A stretch of DNA of 64,000 bases from Hemiscyllium ocellatum. Its lineage: Eukaryota. A program made the translations under genes and the position numbers. The DNA lies in assembly GCF_020745735.1 (NCBI RefSeq), contig NW_026867863.1, positions 1,048,504-1,112,503 of the forward strand, written 5' to 3'. How positions within the stretch are numbered: the stretch's first letter is position 1; each line of letters opens with the position of its first letter. Of the stretch, positions 1-13,530 are shown one piece after another. The notes under the pieces were generated by a model. It was not told where the DNA came from, made no database searches, and was given only the letters and a program-made list of their open reading frames with translations.

Positions 1-544
1 CATCAAAAGAAAGAAAAAAAAACTACAGATCGGGAACACAGGCTTATCCAGTGGGATTGTTCATGAGTATTTTAACCTAACACTTCACACAAAAATCTGA
101 TCAGCATTTCAAACAGTCAATCGGAATTGGAACCACAGAAAATGTCTCCAATGAAACAAACATTTCGTTCTTTCACAAATTTCTGCTGTGTGTGAATCAT
201 ACAACGATCCATCATCCAGCGTGATCACTGACTTGCCAACTGTATAAGATCTAGCAACTTTCTTCAGCAATCACAGCTTCTGTGCACAGCCACCTGTGCT
301 GGGCCCAGTGTCATTTGTTGCCCCCAGGTCACAGCATATTTCTTCTTCCTGAGTTTATGAGCCTTGTTCCTGCTGTGTCTGATCTGTTCAATAAACCTTT
401 TATGTCACTTCATCCCATCCCCTCACAATTCTGAACTTATGAATAAAATAAGGCGTTTGACGAAATGTTAAACCAAGTGGAAGTATGCTATTCAGCGCAA
501 GGAGTCTGCACAACCATTCAACGAACTCATGGTTGATCTGATTT

Positions 545-670
545 GGAAATGCTGGTGTTGGACTGGGGTGTACAAAGTTAAAAATCTCACAACACCAGGT
601 TATAGTCCAACAGGTTTAATTGGAAACACACTAGCTTTCGGAGCGACGCTCCGTCATCAGGTGATCACCC
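545..670. mobile_element. Short PLE terminal repeat (caccaggttatagtccaacaggttt family)
   Basis: Carries the hammerhead above. A related inverted fragment lies at about 18705-18790. Confidence 0.6.
628..663 (-). ncRNA. Minimal hammerhead ribozyme
   Basis: cac-CTGATGA-C-GGAGC-gtc-GCTCC-GAAA-G-CTA-gtg. It has a 5-bp stem II, a palindromic AGCT helix III, a CUA triplet and a 3-bp stem I. Confidence 0.72.
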
Positions 671-899
671 GATTACATTACATTGGCTCATTACATTGTC
701 AATAGATCCCCATTAAATGTATTTTCCTGTTTACTCAGAGACAACATTGAAACAAATACATTGATAAATGCTGTTGACTGCTTCTGTGAAAATAAATCTC
801 CCTTATGACTTACTTTCTTTATAATTTTGACTCAAATGTCTAAATATTGATGAGATGAAAAATTGCATGAATTAAGTACAATGCAGAATTTGTTCTTAT

Positions 900-3800
900 T
901 ATATATTTCTTCAGAAGAAAAGTAGAGAAACCAAGTATAGAAATTTTGAAGATCTGAGAATTTTGAATGACAAACCATTTCTGATCAATGTTCACTGAAT
1001 GTCTAATGTCTTTCCATATCATCATGCCGGAATTTGCATTCTCGGCAGACAGATTAAGAAATATCTAGTCAACATCAGAGCAAATCCATTTAGACATATT
1101 GAATCATTTACTTTGCCAAAGTTCTAAAATTAATTATCAATTCATTGTCATTCCAAAATTAACACAGTTTAGGTTTTGTAACAAACATCGTCAAATTCAC
1201 GTTTTAATTTAATCCAGTATTTCTTAGTGTCATTATTTTTTTTTAAAAATGTTCTCTTATTCCAGGATAACACAAATACAAACTAATTAATGATTCCTTA
1301 TCCAACACTCACAGGTAATATCTGTTCCCTTCTCATTTGAATGTTCACAGAAATCATTGGATTAATTTTCATCCTGACATTTTAAGAGTGGTCTGATTAT
1401 TTTACACTCCAATAAATGCTGTTCATTTTTACACATGACGGGCAGCTATATGAGATTTCTAATCATTTTTAAATTTGCTATGAAATGTTTTTAAGATTAA
1501 TTGTTGCTTATATCTAATAGTTAAGAATTGACCAAATCCATTGTATCTAGTTTTAAGTGTGTAGTTAAGGCTCAGTAACATGAAGGCATTGCATTTTATA
1601 GATACCAATGGTAGCGAATGGTGATTTTTATTCCAATACTTGAATCTTAGTTGATTTGCTGTTCTGGGCTGCCCCCACCTGGAATAGAATGGTCCATATT
1701 GGCTCATACAAAATGCCTGACTTTCCATAACAGGCAGCCTACCTTAGAACTAAAATACAAGGTGTCAGGGGGTGATAAACTAGACTAACATTCTGTTCCA
1801 GCCTTAAATTAAAAGAAAGCACACTACCAATGGACCGAATCCAACGCCAGGACTACAACATTCCAGACATTTCTTTATAAGAGCATGCTGACATACAGAC
1901 AAATGACCAATCCTGATCTTCATAAATGAAAGGATAATTGTCCCAATAAATGAATAAACAGAAGCTGCAGGGTGCAGCCCCGTTAACTCACAAAGCAGCT
2001 ATTATGACAACAGAAGAGTTCATTTGTCAGATATAGTTATTATTTTACAGTTACTCAGAATATTAAACAAAGGTTAATTACAGATTCTTGAGTATAATAG
2101 GGGAAATTTGCAACATAAGTTTGATACATGTAACCAATGCCTACTACAAACATTTAGACTGAGATTTGAAGTTACTTAGTTTTAGGAATTAACTTCACGG
2201 TATGATGTTGATTGCCCATTAATTATGAAGTCCTGACAGAAAGAGTAGCCGTAAAATTTTACACAATATAACGAACTTTATAACGCAAGTCATATTACTA
2301 ATCTTATAACAAATAAGCTAAAATTAACTGTCTTTTCTATTTCTTTGTACATACATAATTAAGACAGTGAAACATATAAGGAGTAATTGGCTTTGATAAA
2401 ATAAAATATAATGACTAGCAGAATTCAAAATTTCCCAACTGATAAGGTATCCTGAGAGGCCCGAGAGAGTTCAGGAATAACTTTGGAATCTATGTCAATA
2501 AGACGCATGGAAAGTTCCCAATTGGAATCTGGGGATGTCCATGAGAATGCCCATCTGCGATTATGTGATTCAATTGGGTGTTTGGATGAGGAGGGAAGGG
2601 CTGTAACCACATTGCATGTGGCCACTGTGATGCAGAAAGTCCATAAAATGCTGCTTTTTTACTGTATATGTTACAGTGTGCCATGGATCTCCCTTCCGTG
2701 ATTGTCCTCGGGGGATGATCCCTTCATTAACATGCCTCAGCTCAGCCTGCCTCCTGCGTCCTCATTCCCTGTCAGGGGAAATCACTTCTACAGCTGTGAT
2801 GACATTTCAATTCAACATAAACATTTATTGTGTGTGAAATGATTACATTCAGAGCGATATAATTTTCAGGATAAAATTGCTTTACATTTACTTTTTTAGT
2901 GTACAAGAAAACATTTTGATTTTATCAATTTGTTCTTTTGTTCAACCAACACGAAGTTTTAAATTATTGTAAAGACTACAATGGGGGAAACGGGAACGAG
3001 TCAAATGAAATGACTGTTTCCTTTTTCAAACAAATTGCCCTCCAAAATGATTTTTATTTTCAATTCACTATAAGAAAAATATTGCTTGGAAATGTTGACA
3101 ATTCTCCTTTTCCTCCCATATTAGATGTCAGTGAACAATAATCACACAATTATGAGAATTCCTTTCCAGATGAAATTCATTGACTCTATGTTTTGTTCAC
3201 AGTATTAGTCCCTTCCATGGCCAAATTCTTTCCCTCCTAATTCTGAAATAAATTTCAAAACATTTATTGTGATAAAAATTACATCAATAAAATTGACATG
3301 ACTCTTCAAGAAAACAATTGGAAGCATATAAATCTTGCAATGCCTGCATTTTTAAACAAAATCATTTTTTTTCAATTGCTGCTGAATGATTTTTTTCACA
3401 TCATAGAGCGTAGTTTTATGCTTTAATTTTCAGTTCGCTAATCTTAATGAATATCCAATCAACATCAGAGAAAAGTGTTTTCAAAAATATTAAGTCAATT
3501 TATCTGTTAGGATTCTAAAAGCAATTATCAATTACAATAATTGAACAGCAATTTAATATAGACTTTTTAAAATGCGGTGTTTTTAAAAAAATCAATCACT
3601 ATTTCTGATTATCAATGCTACTATATTAATACCTGTTTGTTCAGGCCCATGCACATACAAAACGACCAAGAATATCCCTGGCAACACTCATTGTAAATGT
3701 CTAATTTTTGCTCAAGTGAAATATAACAATTATCTCAGCCTTTGAAATTCAGAGAGCTCCAATTACGTTTCCCTACAATATTACTCTTCATTTCTACATA

Positions 3801-6800
3801 TTACTCAGTCTAATATCAAGATGGGATATCTCATTATTCTCAAATTCACGAATATGTATTTTTAACTCCCTTTATTACTAATATATCTTATATCTAATAA
3901 TTGTGTAATCCAGTAAGTGCTACAAATGTGGAATTATGCTTATGTGCAATAAATACTGCAAGGACATTGCAATGTACAATCTCTCAATCATTGTGTATAT
4001 TGCATTTATTTTAAACTTGGAAACATTTTTGAATTGATTTGATTGTAATTTACTTCGATGCTTACACGTACTGTATTTCCAGTCACAATGTCTGTAGATT
4101 ATTTGGAGGTATAATCGTCCATTCCTATAATCACAGTATCTGCGAGGAACTTTCTTCTGGTCACTCATAGGAAAATGTATCGAACTCCACTCAATCAATA
4201 TTCCATAGAAAATATTTGAGAATGTTGCAGTCATAAAGCTTAAATATACAAAGTCATGATAGTCATTAATTTTCTCTTGTTCTGTAGATCTTAATTAAAA
4301 CAACACAGAATTTTATGCTCCTGTGCAATGAGGAAAGATCAATGACTTCTCAGTAAAATAAACAAATGCCACTTGCTATTATTTATCAATTTTTAATTAC
4401 TGGTCAGTTTATCAATTGTGTGAGATTTGTTTTTAGCTTTCCAGTCATCTAGTTATATTGAATATGATACTAAAATGGTGCGAAAATATCAGGGTGTGCT
4501 CATTTGAAAGTTCGATTTGCATACCTCTTACTTATCCCGTTAATTACATGATGGTTTAAGAACGTTTCACTCAGCAATCCTCGTAAATATTAAAAACTGT
4601 CTGATTTTAAATCAGATCATTCGCACCCAATTATCGATCTGTTCCTAATTCATGTAAATATCTCAATTTTATCGAACCCAATGTTCACACTAAACAATAC
4701 ACATAAAGCAACACAAAGACTTCCATCACCATCTGATTATTGTTCAGTAAAATACCTTATTGCTCCTGAAACCAATGACAACAGTAACCATTTGTTTACT
4801 ATTCCATGCAACAAGTGCAATTGATATCTTCTATTTCAGTTCAGTAGTTAAAGATGATTTATGTTGCTTAAAACAATGCTTCTACTTTATCACAGATATT
4901 GACTGTAACACAATCATGCAAACAATAAACGTTTTGTCATTCTAATAATCTTGAAGTTTACATATTTTAAATTTGTGTGCAAGAGATATTACAAATTACA
5001 ACCATTTTTGTTGTATAATTCAGCACACCTAAATTGTGAATTTGGGAAAGACTCCATGTTTGCAAAATGGAAGTAGTTTTCAGTTTACATAACACATGAA
5101 ATGACTGTTTTTTAAAATCACGTGCTGTGCAAAATGATTATTGGTTTCATTTAATTGTAAGAAAAGAACTGCTTTGAACATATTGATTCTTTTTTGTCTT
5201 TTCTATTCCAACATTATTCATCACTGTACAATAATGAACAATTTTTATAATTCCTTTATGTACCAAATATCATTGACTGCATCATTTGTTCACTTTCATG
5301 CTGTTTTTCATTATCTATTAACTTTCTTCCAAATTCTGACACAAATGTCTGAACTCTGAACATAATATTAATCATCTAAATTAAAATAACATGTCTCCAT
5401 GAATAAACCATTTGATAGAAATTCATATTTCTTGTGTTATCTACATTTTTTAGTCAAGAAAGAAAAAAATGTTCTCTAATCACTGGTTCAGTTTTTCTTC
5501 AATTCATAAAGCTAGTTACTATATTCTATTGCACAATTTACCAATTTTAATAAATATCCAATCAACATCACAGCAATGTGTTTTTGAAATATTGAATCAT
5601 CTTCATTGCTCATATTGCAACATTAATTATCACGTCATTGTCATGATAATACTTGCACAATTGTTTAAGAAAATCTTTTGAACAAGTAAAATGAGATTCA
5701 GATTTTAATTTGACCAATTGTTTCTGAGTACCAACACTACAATATGAAACTTGATTTTCAGGTCAAGTTTCCCACAATGGATCCAAGGACTTCGCATCCA
5801 ACATTAGTTGTGACTGTCTAATGTTTGCTTATTTGAATGATCTCCATAGTCACAAACTTTAAATTCACAGACCTGCAATTACTTTTCCCTGCAATAGTTC
5901 CTGTTTGTTTGCAAATATTCCTCAGTCACATAGCAAAATGAGATTTCTCATTATTTCTAAATTCATTGATCGAATTTTATATTCAGTTGTTGCTCATACC
6001 TAATAATTATTCAATCCAGTACTTGCCGTAAACGTGGAATTACGGCTCTTTACATTAATAACTAAATATATTGTGGTGTATAATCTCAATCATTATTAAC
6101 ATGAATTCTTACTTTACTCGCGGAAGCATAGTTGAATTAATTTAAATACATTTCACTTCGATGCGAACATTTGTTGTATTTCTGATCACAATAAGATTTA
6201 AGTATTTTTCACGCAATAAAATCATGTAACATTGCTGCGTTTTGTTAAGTCAAATGAAAAAGAATTAACATCTCTGTATTGTCTCGTTAAACAATGACAA
6301 TACATATTGAATTTTTCGAAGTTGAGCATTTTGCAAAGAAGGGATGTTGTCTTCAGCAGAATAATCGCATTGACTGACTAATTCACAGAATCTGCTGTTT
6401 ATTCTGTTTGAGTTCCCAAGAAATCAAAGTGACTAATTCTGCTGGTTCTAAGTTTCTGGAAAGTATTTGATAATGTTTGAGTCTTAAGGATGAATAAGTC
6501 GATGGAATTGCATTGATTTTTTTATTGGAAAGAGCTTACTTCAAACATTTCAGGCACATACACCACTTTTCTGCGGTGTTGCAAAGATGAAAAGCAAGTC
6601 AATTTCTCCATCAGTGAAACAAACAAATGTTATTTCCCGTTATTCATTAGTTAGCTCATTCCCAAATTTGTTGTTAAACAATGAAATTCACCTGAATATT
6701 GTTGTGTCCTTTGATCATATTAATTTTCTAATTATTGCTCATTCATGGTTTGTTAGTGATTTTTATTTTGCAAGTCTCTCACTTTTTCACTTCTTGCATG

Positions 6801-9100
6801 GGAATTCGGCATTGAGAACAGAGGATCAGTGGTTAGCACTCGTGTCTTACAGTGTTATGCACTTGGGTTTGATTCCATCCTCGGACACATGTATGTGTGG
6901 AGTTTGTATGTTCTGGTTTTCTCCCACAATCCGAAGATATGTAGGTTAGGTTGATTGGCCATGCTTAGCTGCACGTTCTGTTCATGGATGTGTAGGTTAT
7001 GTGCATTAGTCAGGGTAAATGCCCAGTAATCTGCGAGAAGAATGGTGCTTAGTGGATTATTCTTTGGAACGTCAGTGTAGACTTGTTGGGCTAAATGGCC
7101 TGTTTCCACACAGTAGGGATTCGATAAACTTAGAATTGTGTTTCGCTATCCAAAACTAACAATTTTTTTTAAACGTTGCATTTAAAACTTACCTTTAAGT
7201 GTCAATTGTTAATCTTGTAAAATATCTCAATGTTACTGACATCGATGTTCAAACAAAACACTGTACATAAAGCCAAAAAAAGATTCTCATGACCATCTAA
7301 TTACTGTTCAGTGGAATAATCACAGTAAAATTTTATTGTCTAGGAGATCAATCACCACTATCACAGTAGGGATCTGGTTATCATTCCCTGCAATAAATAC
7401 AATCAGTGTCCTCTGGTATTTCAGTTCAGTCGTTATACACCATATTGATTGTTCAAAGCATGGTTATTCTTTATCATGAATGGCCAAGGATTCTAAAGGC
7501 AAGAGATGTTGTTCGATCGAATTTTCTGCATGTTCTCAAACAGGTTTTCACTATAAATATTGCAAAAAATGTGGCAATTTGGTCTTGTTCAACTGCTGAT
7601 GCTAACATTTTCAGTTCATGTTCATTAAACATATTTGTAGAAGGTGAGGAAAGCTGTAGCATTGGAAAAGGGAAGGCATGTTCAAAGAGCAGGAGTATCG
7701 GCCTGTCGGGCATTCGGCCATCATCAAAAAAGATTCCTGATGAAGGGCTCATGTCCAAAACGTCGATTCTGCTCCTCGCATGCTGCCTGACCATGCTCTT
7801 TTGACATTAGAAATATTTGTCTGAATATTCAGAGGTAATACTAAAGGTTGCATCTGTCAATTTAGTTTACTGTGCTTTCTATTCACTGAAGTTTTCATGT
7901 TAATTTCTCGTCTTTTTATTCTTAAATCTGATACGAATACAGAACACATTAAAATTCACATGAATTATAAATTTGATTTCTCGACAAGAAAACCAATGGA
8001 ACACAATATAGAATTCTTGAACAGCCGACACGTTTGAATGAAAAAGCAATTCCTTCCAAAATATGATTGCCCGTCTGTATCTCTCTTTCAATTCAATAAT
8101 CCTGCAAATAGTTTATAATTGCCAGTTGATCTCTCTGAATGAGTACCTAATCAATGTCAATGTAACCAGCTGAAACATTAACAACAGATTGATAATTGGG
8201 TATTACAGGTCTTATTTGAAGTGAACAAATGTTTGGAAGTTACTTGAATTCCACCAGGAAACATTCTTGAATCATAATACAAGAAATGATATATTTGAGA
8301 GATGTGCAAACCTTATTTTGAAATGAACAAACTCGAATATTTTCAAAGTATTTCAACCTTACGGTCAAAATGAACAGGTGAATGGAAAAATAAAAACAAG
8401 TTTCTGGCAATTCATAAATTGAACAACAATTACAAATTCACTTTGATCAAAGGACAGAGTAATATTTAGATGAATCACAATATTTAGTCACAAAGTCGGC
8501 AAACAGCTGACTGACAAGTAATAGGTGGGAGCATTTGTTAGTTTACTGAAGAAGATATCAACTTTATTTCCAATTTATAGCACGAGAAAATAATGTTTAA
8601 TGTGTTTCAATTGTTTGGACTTGCCGCTTTGCAACAAAAAAAGATCAATCTCATTACTTGGAATATTGAATTCTGCAACATTTTCAAATATTCTCCAGGA
8701 ACTTATAAGCGACAGAATTAGATACAGGTATTCCCACTATCCGAAAGTAAAGCATTATTATGAAACCTTTTCTAAGCTGAAAAGGCGTTGGTTGAAGAAG
8801 CATTAATTTATATGGGAAACAGCTCCACTTTTTTCGTAAAAGTGAAAATCCTCTTTAGAGTTCTTACAGTTAGAGACAACAGGGACAGATGTCAGTCTTT
8901 TGTAAAAGCAAGGTGGCAAAAACGAATTTTCCAACACACATTTCTTGGTAACTTGACTCAAGTAAGTATCAGATTTTGTGATTATTGATGTAATAGTCAA
9001 AAGCAGATCTAATATTAGATTGGAAAGCAATTCAATCTGTGCTTAGATACTCTCTAATCAACATTCAGAGCAGCTCTGCATATATTTCTGTTGAAGGTGT
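900..9100. repeat. Old AT-rich tandem duplication, 3-4 diverged units of about 2.1-2.4 kb
   Basis: Anchor atatc(c/t)a(a/g)tcaacatca(g/c)ag at 1061, 3451 and 5554, and weakly at 9051. Long collinear similarity links 2930-4900 with 5000-7460. Confidence 0.7.
6822..7122 (+). mobile_element. tRNA-derived V-SINE (HE1-like)
   Basis: A-box-like cagtggttagcact, B-box-like ggtttgattcc, V-domain tgtgtggagtttg...tctcccaca..ccgaagatatgtaggttagg, tail gtagggattc. Confidence 0.85.
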
Positions 9101-9744
9101 GATTTGAAACCTTCCCTCGAGTCTAGTAATAGAGACACTGCCACAGCTCCACAAGCTACTTCCATAATGTTCTCACTCAGGCCGGCAGGACTGCAATATT
9201 ATGTTTAATGTGGTTACTCAAATGAAATCTAATCAGATGTTTATTGCAGTAATTTGAAAGGGAATTGATTAGGTAGTTTCTGTGTGTAATGGACTGGAAA
9301 TTAAACAATATTTTCCAATAACAATAGAATAAAGGAATGATAGACTTAAAAAAAACAGGAATCTCATGACAATTCTTCGAAATACAAATTGACAAACCTG
9401 TATGATTATTGTACTTTGATTTGTAAAATACATCAGTCATTCAATGTGAATATTCAGCTGAAGACAACTCCCCTTCCTTTCAACAATGTACACATTCCAC
9501 AAATTCAAAATGAACAGTCATTGAAAAAGGAAGGAACAAGCAGATGTTAATTCTATTTTCTGTACGTAAACATGCGATTACTTTTAATTAAGTTTTATAT
9601 ATGTAAAAAGCAAACTCTTATTATGGTTCAAAATCCAATAAATGTTAGCGTGAAGTGAAATATAATCAGATCAATGATTATAATTAGATCAGTGCCCTGG
9701 GCCAGAAAGGATATAACTTAGGTTGTTATGGGAAGCGAGGGAAG

Positions 9745-10175
9745 GGATTACTGTGTTTTGACAATGATCTTTGCATCCTCACTATCCACTGGAGTCATAC
9801 CAGTTGATTGGAGGGTTGCAAACGTTATTCTGTTTTTCAACAAAGGCAATCAAGATAATCCTGGGAATCATTGATGAGTCAGTCTTACATCAGTTGTGGA
9901 CAAATTATTGGAGAGGATTCTGAGAGACAGGATTTATTTGGAAAAGCATAGATTGATTAGAGATGGCCAGCATGGCTTTGAGCGTCAGGTTACGCCTCAA
10001 AAATCTTACTAAATTATTTGAGGATGTGACAAACATGTTTGTGAGGATAGAGAAGTGAATGTGGTGTATATTGATTTCAGCAATGTGTTTGATAACGTTC
10101 CCCATGGAAGGCTTGTTTAGAAAGTAGTGAGACACGGGGTACAGGGTTATCCTGGTATCATGATTCAAAGTTGAG
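9745..10175 (+). mobile_element. CR1/L2 LINE RT fragment
   Basis: Degenerate P.DWRVANV..LF.KG.QDNPGN...VSLTSVV.KLLERILRDRI. Confidence 0.85.
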
Positions 10176-10816
10176 ACATGTGTGTCAGAGACTGCAAGGT
10201 GGTGAATGAGAGAGAAATAAATAAGATAAAAGCAGAAAGGAAAGGAACTGGTGAGCAGAAGATCTCTAAATGTAGTTTCTCACCCTGCCTGCATCGTATT
10301 GGGTGAGCTGGAACACAGACTTTCAACCAATGGCCTTACACAGTCAGAATTATTCCTTACAATTCAAGTCATCAGGCTTGAACTCCAAATGTCAGATTAA
10401 AAATTGTCAGAAACTTACAGCACAGATCGCGGCCACTTGGTCCACCCTATGTATGATGCTGTAATAGAACTACCCAGGCTTTACAATGTTCTGTACTCAC
10501 CAATGAGACCAACAATTTCAGACTGTGAACTCTGCCCTCTATGTTGTTATAATCTGTTTTTCCAAAGTATTTGACAGCTGCATACCTTGTTTCCTGGTTT
10601 CTTTCCCAGCCCTAATTCCATTCCATCTGACCTTGATGGAGTACCATTTCTGCTGTTTAATCTCTCCTCCCTTCCCCCGTGTGACAGACTGTCTTTTTGT
10701 CCTTGTCTGACCCCCACCTTCCTCACAACCTGTTACATTTCTGATGGTTCCCAGGCCTCTTTAACATTCGTTGTGGCCCCTGAGTCAGTAGCACAAGTTT
10801 TGATTTATCTTCCTCT

Positions 10817-11938
10817 AGAGATAATCTGGTTGCAGTTTCCCCCAGATTTTATTTTTAAAAACAGAGCATTTGTGTCAGTCAAATACTCGTGAGCCTTCAT
10901 CCACAATTCCCAGCATTTGGATGTAATCTGTGACCCTCCCACAGATGTACAGGTTTGCTCTATTGGCCGTGGTCACATAGCCTGGAGTGTGCAGGTTCGG
11001 CCGGTTGGGTTAGTCATGGCAAATGTGGGGTTATGGGGGTAGGGTGGGAGAGCAAGTCATTGCAGGCTCGATGGACTGAATAGCCTCTTTCTGCACCGAC
11101 GGGATTCTGTGATTCTAACTAGTTGTGATTGTCGTCACATTTTTCTAATGCCAGGTTCATTCAGCTCAGGTACACACGCTGCCTTCGTGTTTCTGTGGGT
11201 GTTCACTCAATCCTTTCCTTCTGTTTTACAGCAATTTCACACTGTATGTGAGGGTGAGAATGAATTTGTAAAACAAATATTCCAACCGAAACCCGCACAG
11301 GTCAGCTGGCATAACTCACAAGGAACAGAACAATAATAAAGGATTCTTCACAAATCTTACAAGAAAATAGAGATAATCGGAAATCTTTCTGGTTGCAGTT
11401 TCCCCCAGATTTTATTTTTAAAAACAGAGCATTTGTGTCAGAGTCACATATCCGTGAGCCTTCATCCACAATTCCCAGCATTTGGATGTAATCTGTGACC
11501 CTCCCACAGATGTACAGGTTTGCTCTATTGGCCGTGCTCACATGGCCTGGAGTGTGCAGGTTCGGCCGGTTGTGTTAGCCATGGCAAATGTGGGGTTATG
11601 GGGGTAGGGTGGGAGAGCAGGTCATTGCAGGCTCGATGGACTGAATAGCCTCTTTCTGCACTTACTGGATTCTGTGATTCTAACTAGTTGTTATTGTCGG
11701 CACGTTTTCCTCATGCCAGGTTCATTCAGCTGAGGTACACATGCTGCCTCTGTGTTTCTGTGGGTGCTCACTCAATCCTTTCCTTCTGTTTTACATCAAT
11801 TTCACACTGTATGTGAGGGTGAGAATTAATTTGTAAAACAAATACTTCAACCTAAACCCGCACAGGTCAGCTGGCATTAATCACAAGGAACAGAACAATA
11901 ATAAAGGATTCGTCACAAATCTTACAGGAAAATAGAGC
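10817..11938. repeat. Tandem duplication, two copies of about 560 bp
   Basis: ctggttgcagtttcccccagatt occurs at 10826 and 11389 (offset 563). Both copies end in cacaaatcttaca(a/g)gaaaatagag (11371, 11938) and each holds a SINE 3' fragment. Confidence 0.93.
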
Positions 11939-13345
11939 TTAGAATCACCAGGAAAGGCTGAACAACTGAAAATATTATTCTCAAGAAAAGAGGAGGCTGA
12001 GGGACAACCTGGCATAAGGAGGAAGCATTGATTTTGTGGTTTGAGAGATTTGAGGTTGGAATCGTTGGGTCTGAAGCATGTTTCACTGCCCCAGGTCAAA
12101 GTTGCTATTTAAATGTTTACCATTATTTAGTCTTTCTATCTGAGTTAACAATCAGATGGGTAGGTCAGTGTCTGAGTGTTTTCCCAAATTCCTGATTGAA
12201 TCTGCCTCCCACATAATCTCAGGTATCTCAGCACTCACTGGGCCACGGAGAAACTCTGCCGTTACAATAAGAATGTTCTTTCCTGTCGCCTCTCCTCGAG
12301 GTTCTGCCTAATCCCCACTTCGCTTTATTAAATCCCAGCTGCCTGTAGTCCACCCACATGGACATCTTGAAGAGCATGACAGGAGAATGGATTGAAACTG
12401 AGAATTCAATAGCCAGAATGAGAGAGGGAGGAGGAAATAAATGGGGTTTTTGGATCCCAGGGGATACAGACTCCAGGCTGAGTCCTTTGTGAGCATTCCC
12501 GCAGTAATATGCGACAGCATTCCATGATGAGAGTTAAACCCGGGTGGCCAGACAGGGAGCCACTGAACATGAGCAAGTTTTGTTCAAGCACAGGAGGTTT
12601 GTTCAGTCAGGAACAGTGTGTTAGACATGGATGTGAAGTGAGCAGTGAGGGGAAATGTTACCACAAGCTGCAGATGGACAAGTTTCATTGGAACAGGAGG
12701 CGGCCATTCACCCCTTCAACACTGCTCTGCCACTCAATCGATCATCGCAGATTTGTTGCTTAACTTGCAATTTTCAAAACCCTCAAAATTAATCAATAAA
12801 CTCCTCTGCAACAGACAAGATGAGTATTGAAAAACTAACGATCTGCAAATGCTGGGAAATCAGAAACAAAAACAAACATTGCTGGAAAACGTTCAACAGA
12901 ACTGGCAGCATCTGTGGAGAGTGAACCTTTGGGACTAGTAACCGCTCAGGTGACCAGCTGCAGCTGACCATTCTGCCTGTTCTGTAACACTCTCTGGAAC
13001 GGGTTCTGGTGCGAGAGGAATGAGATTATCAATAATAACTGAGAAAACAGGAGGAAGTACTCAATCAGAATAAAACCCATTTTGGTCTTTCACTTTTAAT
13101 TCAACTGCAAACATTATTCATTACTATTTGCGAAATAGGATAATACACCAGAAATCAACTCCTCATGTCTTTGGGCCTGGGAAACTGTTAATTCTGACCT
13201 GGTCCAGTCAGCATGTGAATCCAGACCCTGAATAATGGGGTTCACTCTGAACCATCTCTTGCACAGTCAGAATGGATGACAAATGCTGCCCCAGCAAGTG
13301 ATGCCATGATACTATGAACAAACAAAACAAACCCAATCGCCGTGG

Positions 13346-13530
13346 TTACTTGTGAACTCGCTGGTGTTTCATCAAGCAGGATATCTGAGTGAACTGCTTC
13401 GCACACTCCGAGCAGGTGAATGGCCTATCCCCAGTGTATATTTCCTGGAGTACAGTGAGGCAGGATGGTGTCCTGAACCCAGTCCCACAGTGAGAGCACC
13501 TGAATGGTCTCGTACTAGTCTCCTGTGACC
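13346..13530 (-). pseudogene. C2H2 zinc-finger gene remnant (last two fingers)
   Basis: RPFRCSHCGTGF...LQEIYTGDRPFTCSECAKQFTQISCLMKHQRVHK*. One finger is intact and one has lost both His. It is truncated upstream by a CR1 fragment. Confidence 0.8.

Noticed and set aside
290-345. Minus-strand YAVTWGQ resembling a JH segment
   Set aside because: It continues QMTLG rather than GT.VTV, and there is no upstream RSS.
6822-6900. tRNA genes
   Set aside because: The A/B-box-like heads continue into SINE bodies and do not form cloverleaves.
7733-7770. Further hammerheads at 7737, 31830, 43690 and 48595
   Set aside because: The core or stems are mutated (AAAA for GAAA, GUAA for GAAA, broken helix III or stem II), so they are probably inactive.
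840-9440. Short ORFs (60-130 aa) in the AT-rich left region and elsewhere
   Set aside because: They have no recognisable domains and biased composition. Most others are alternative frames of TE fragments.
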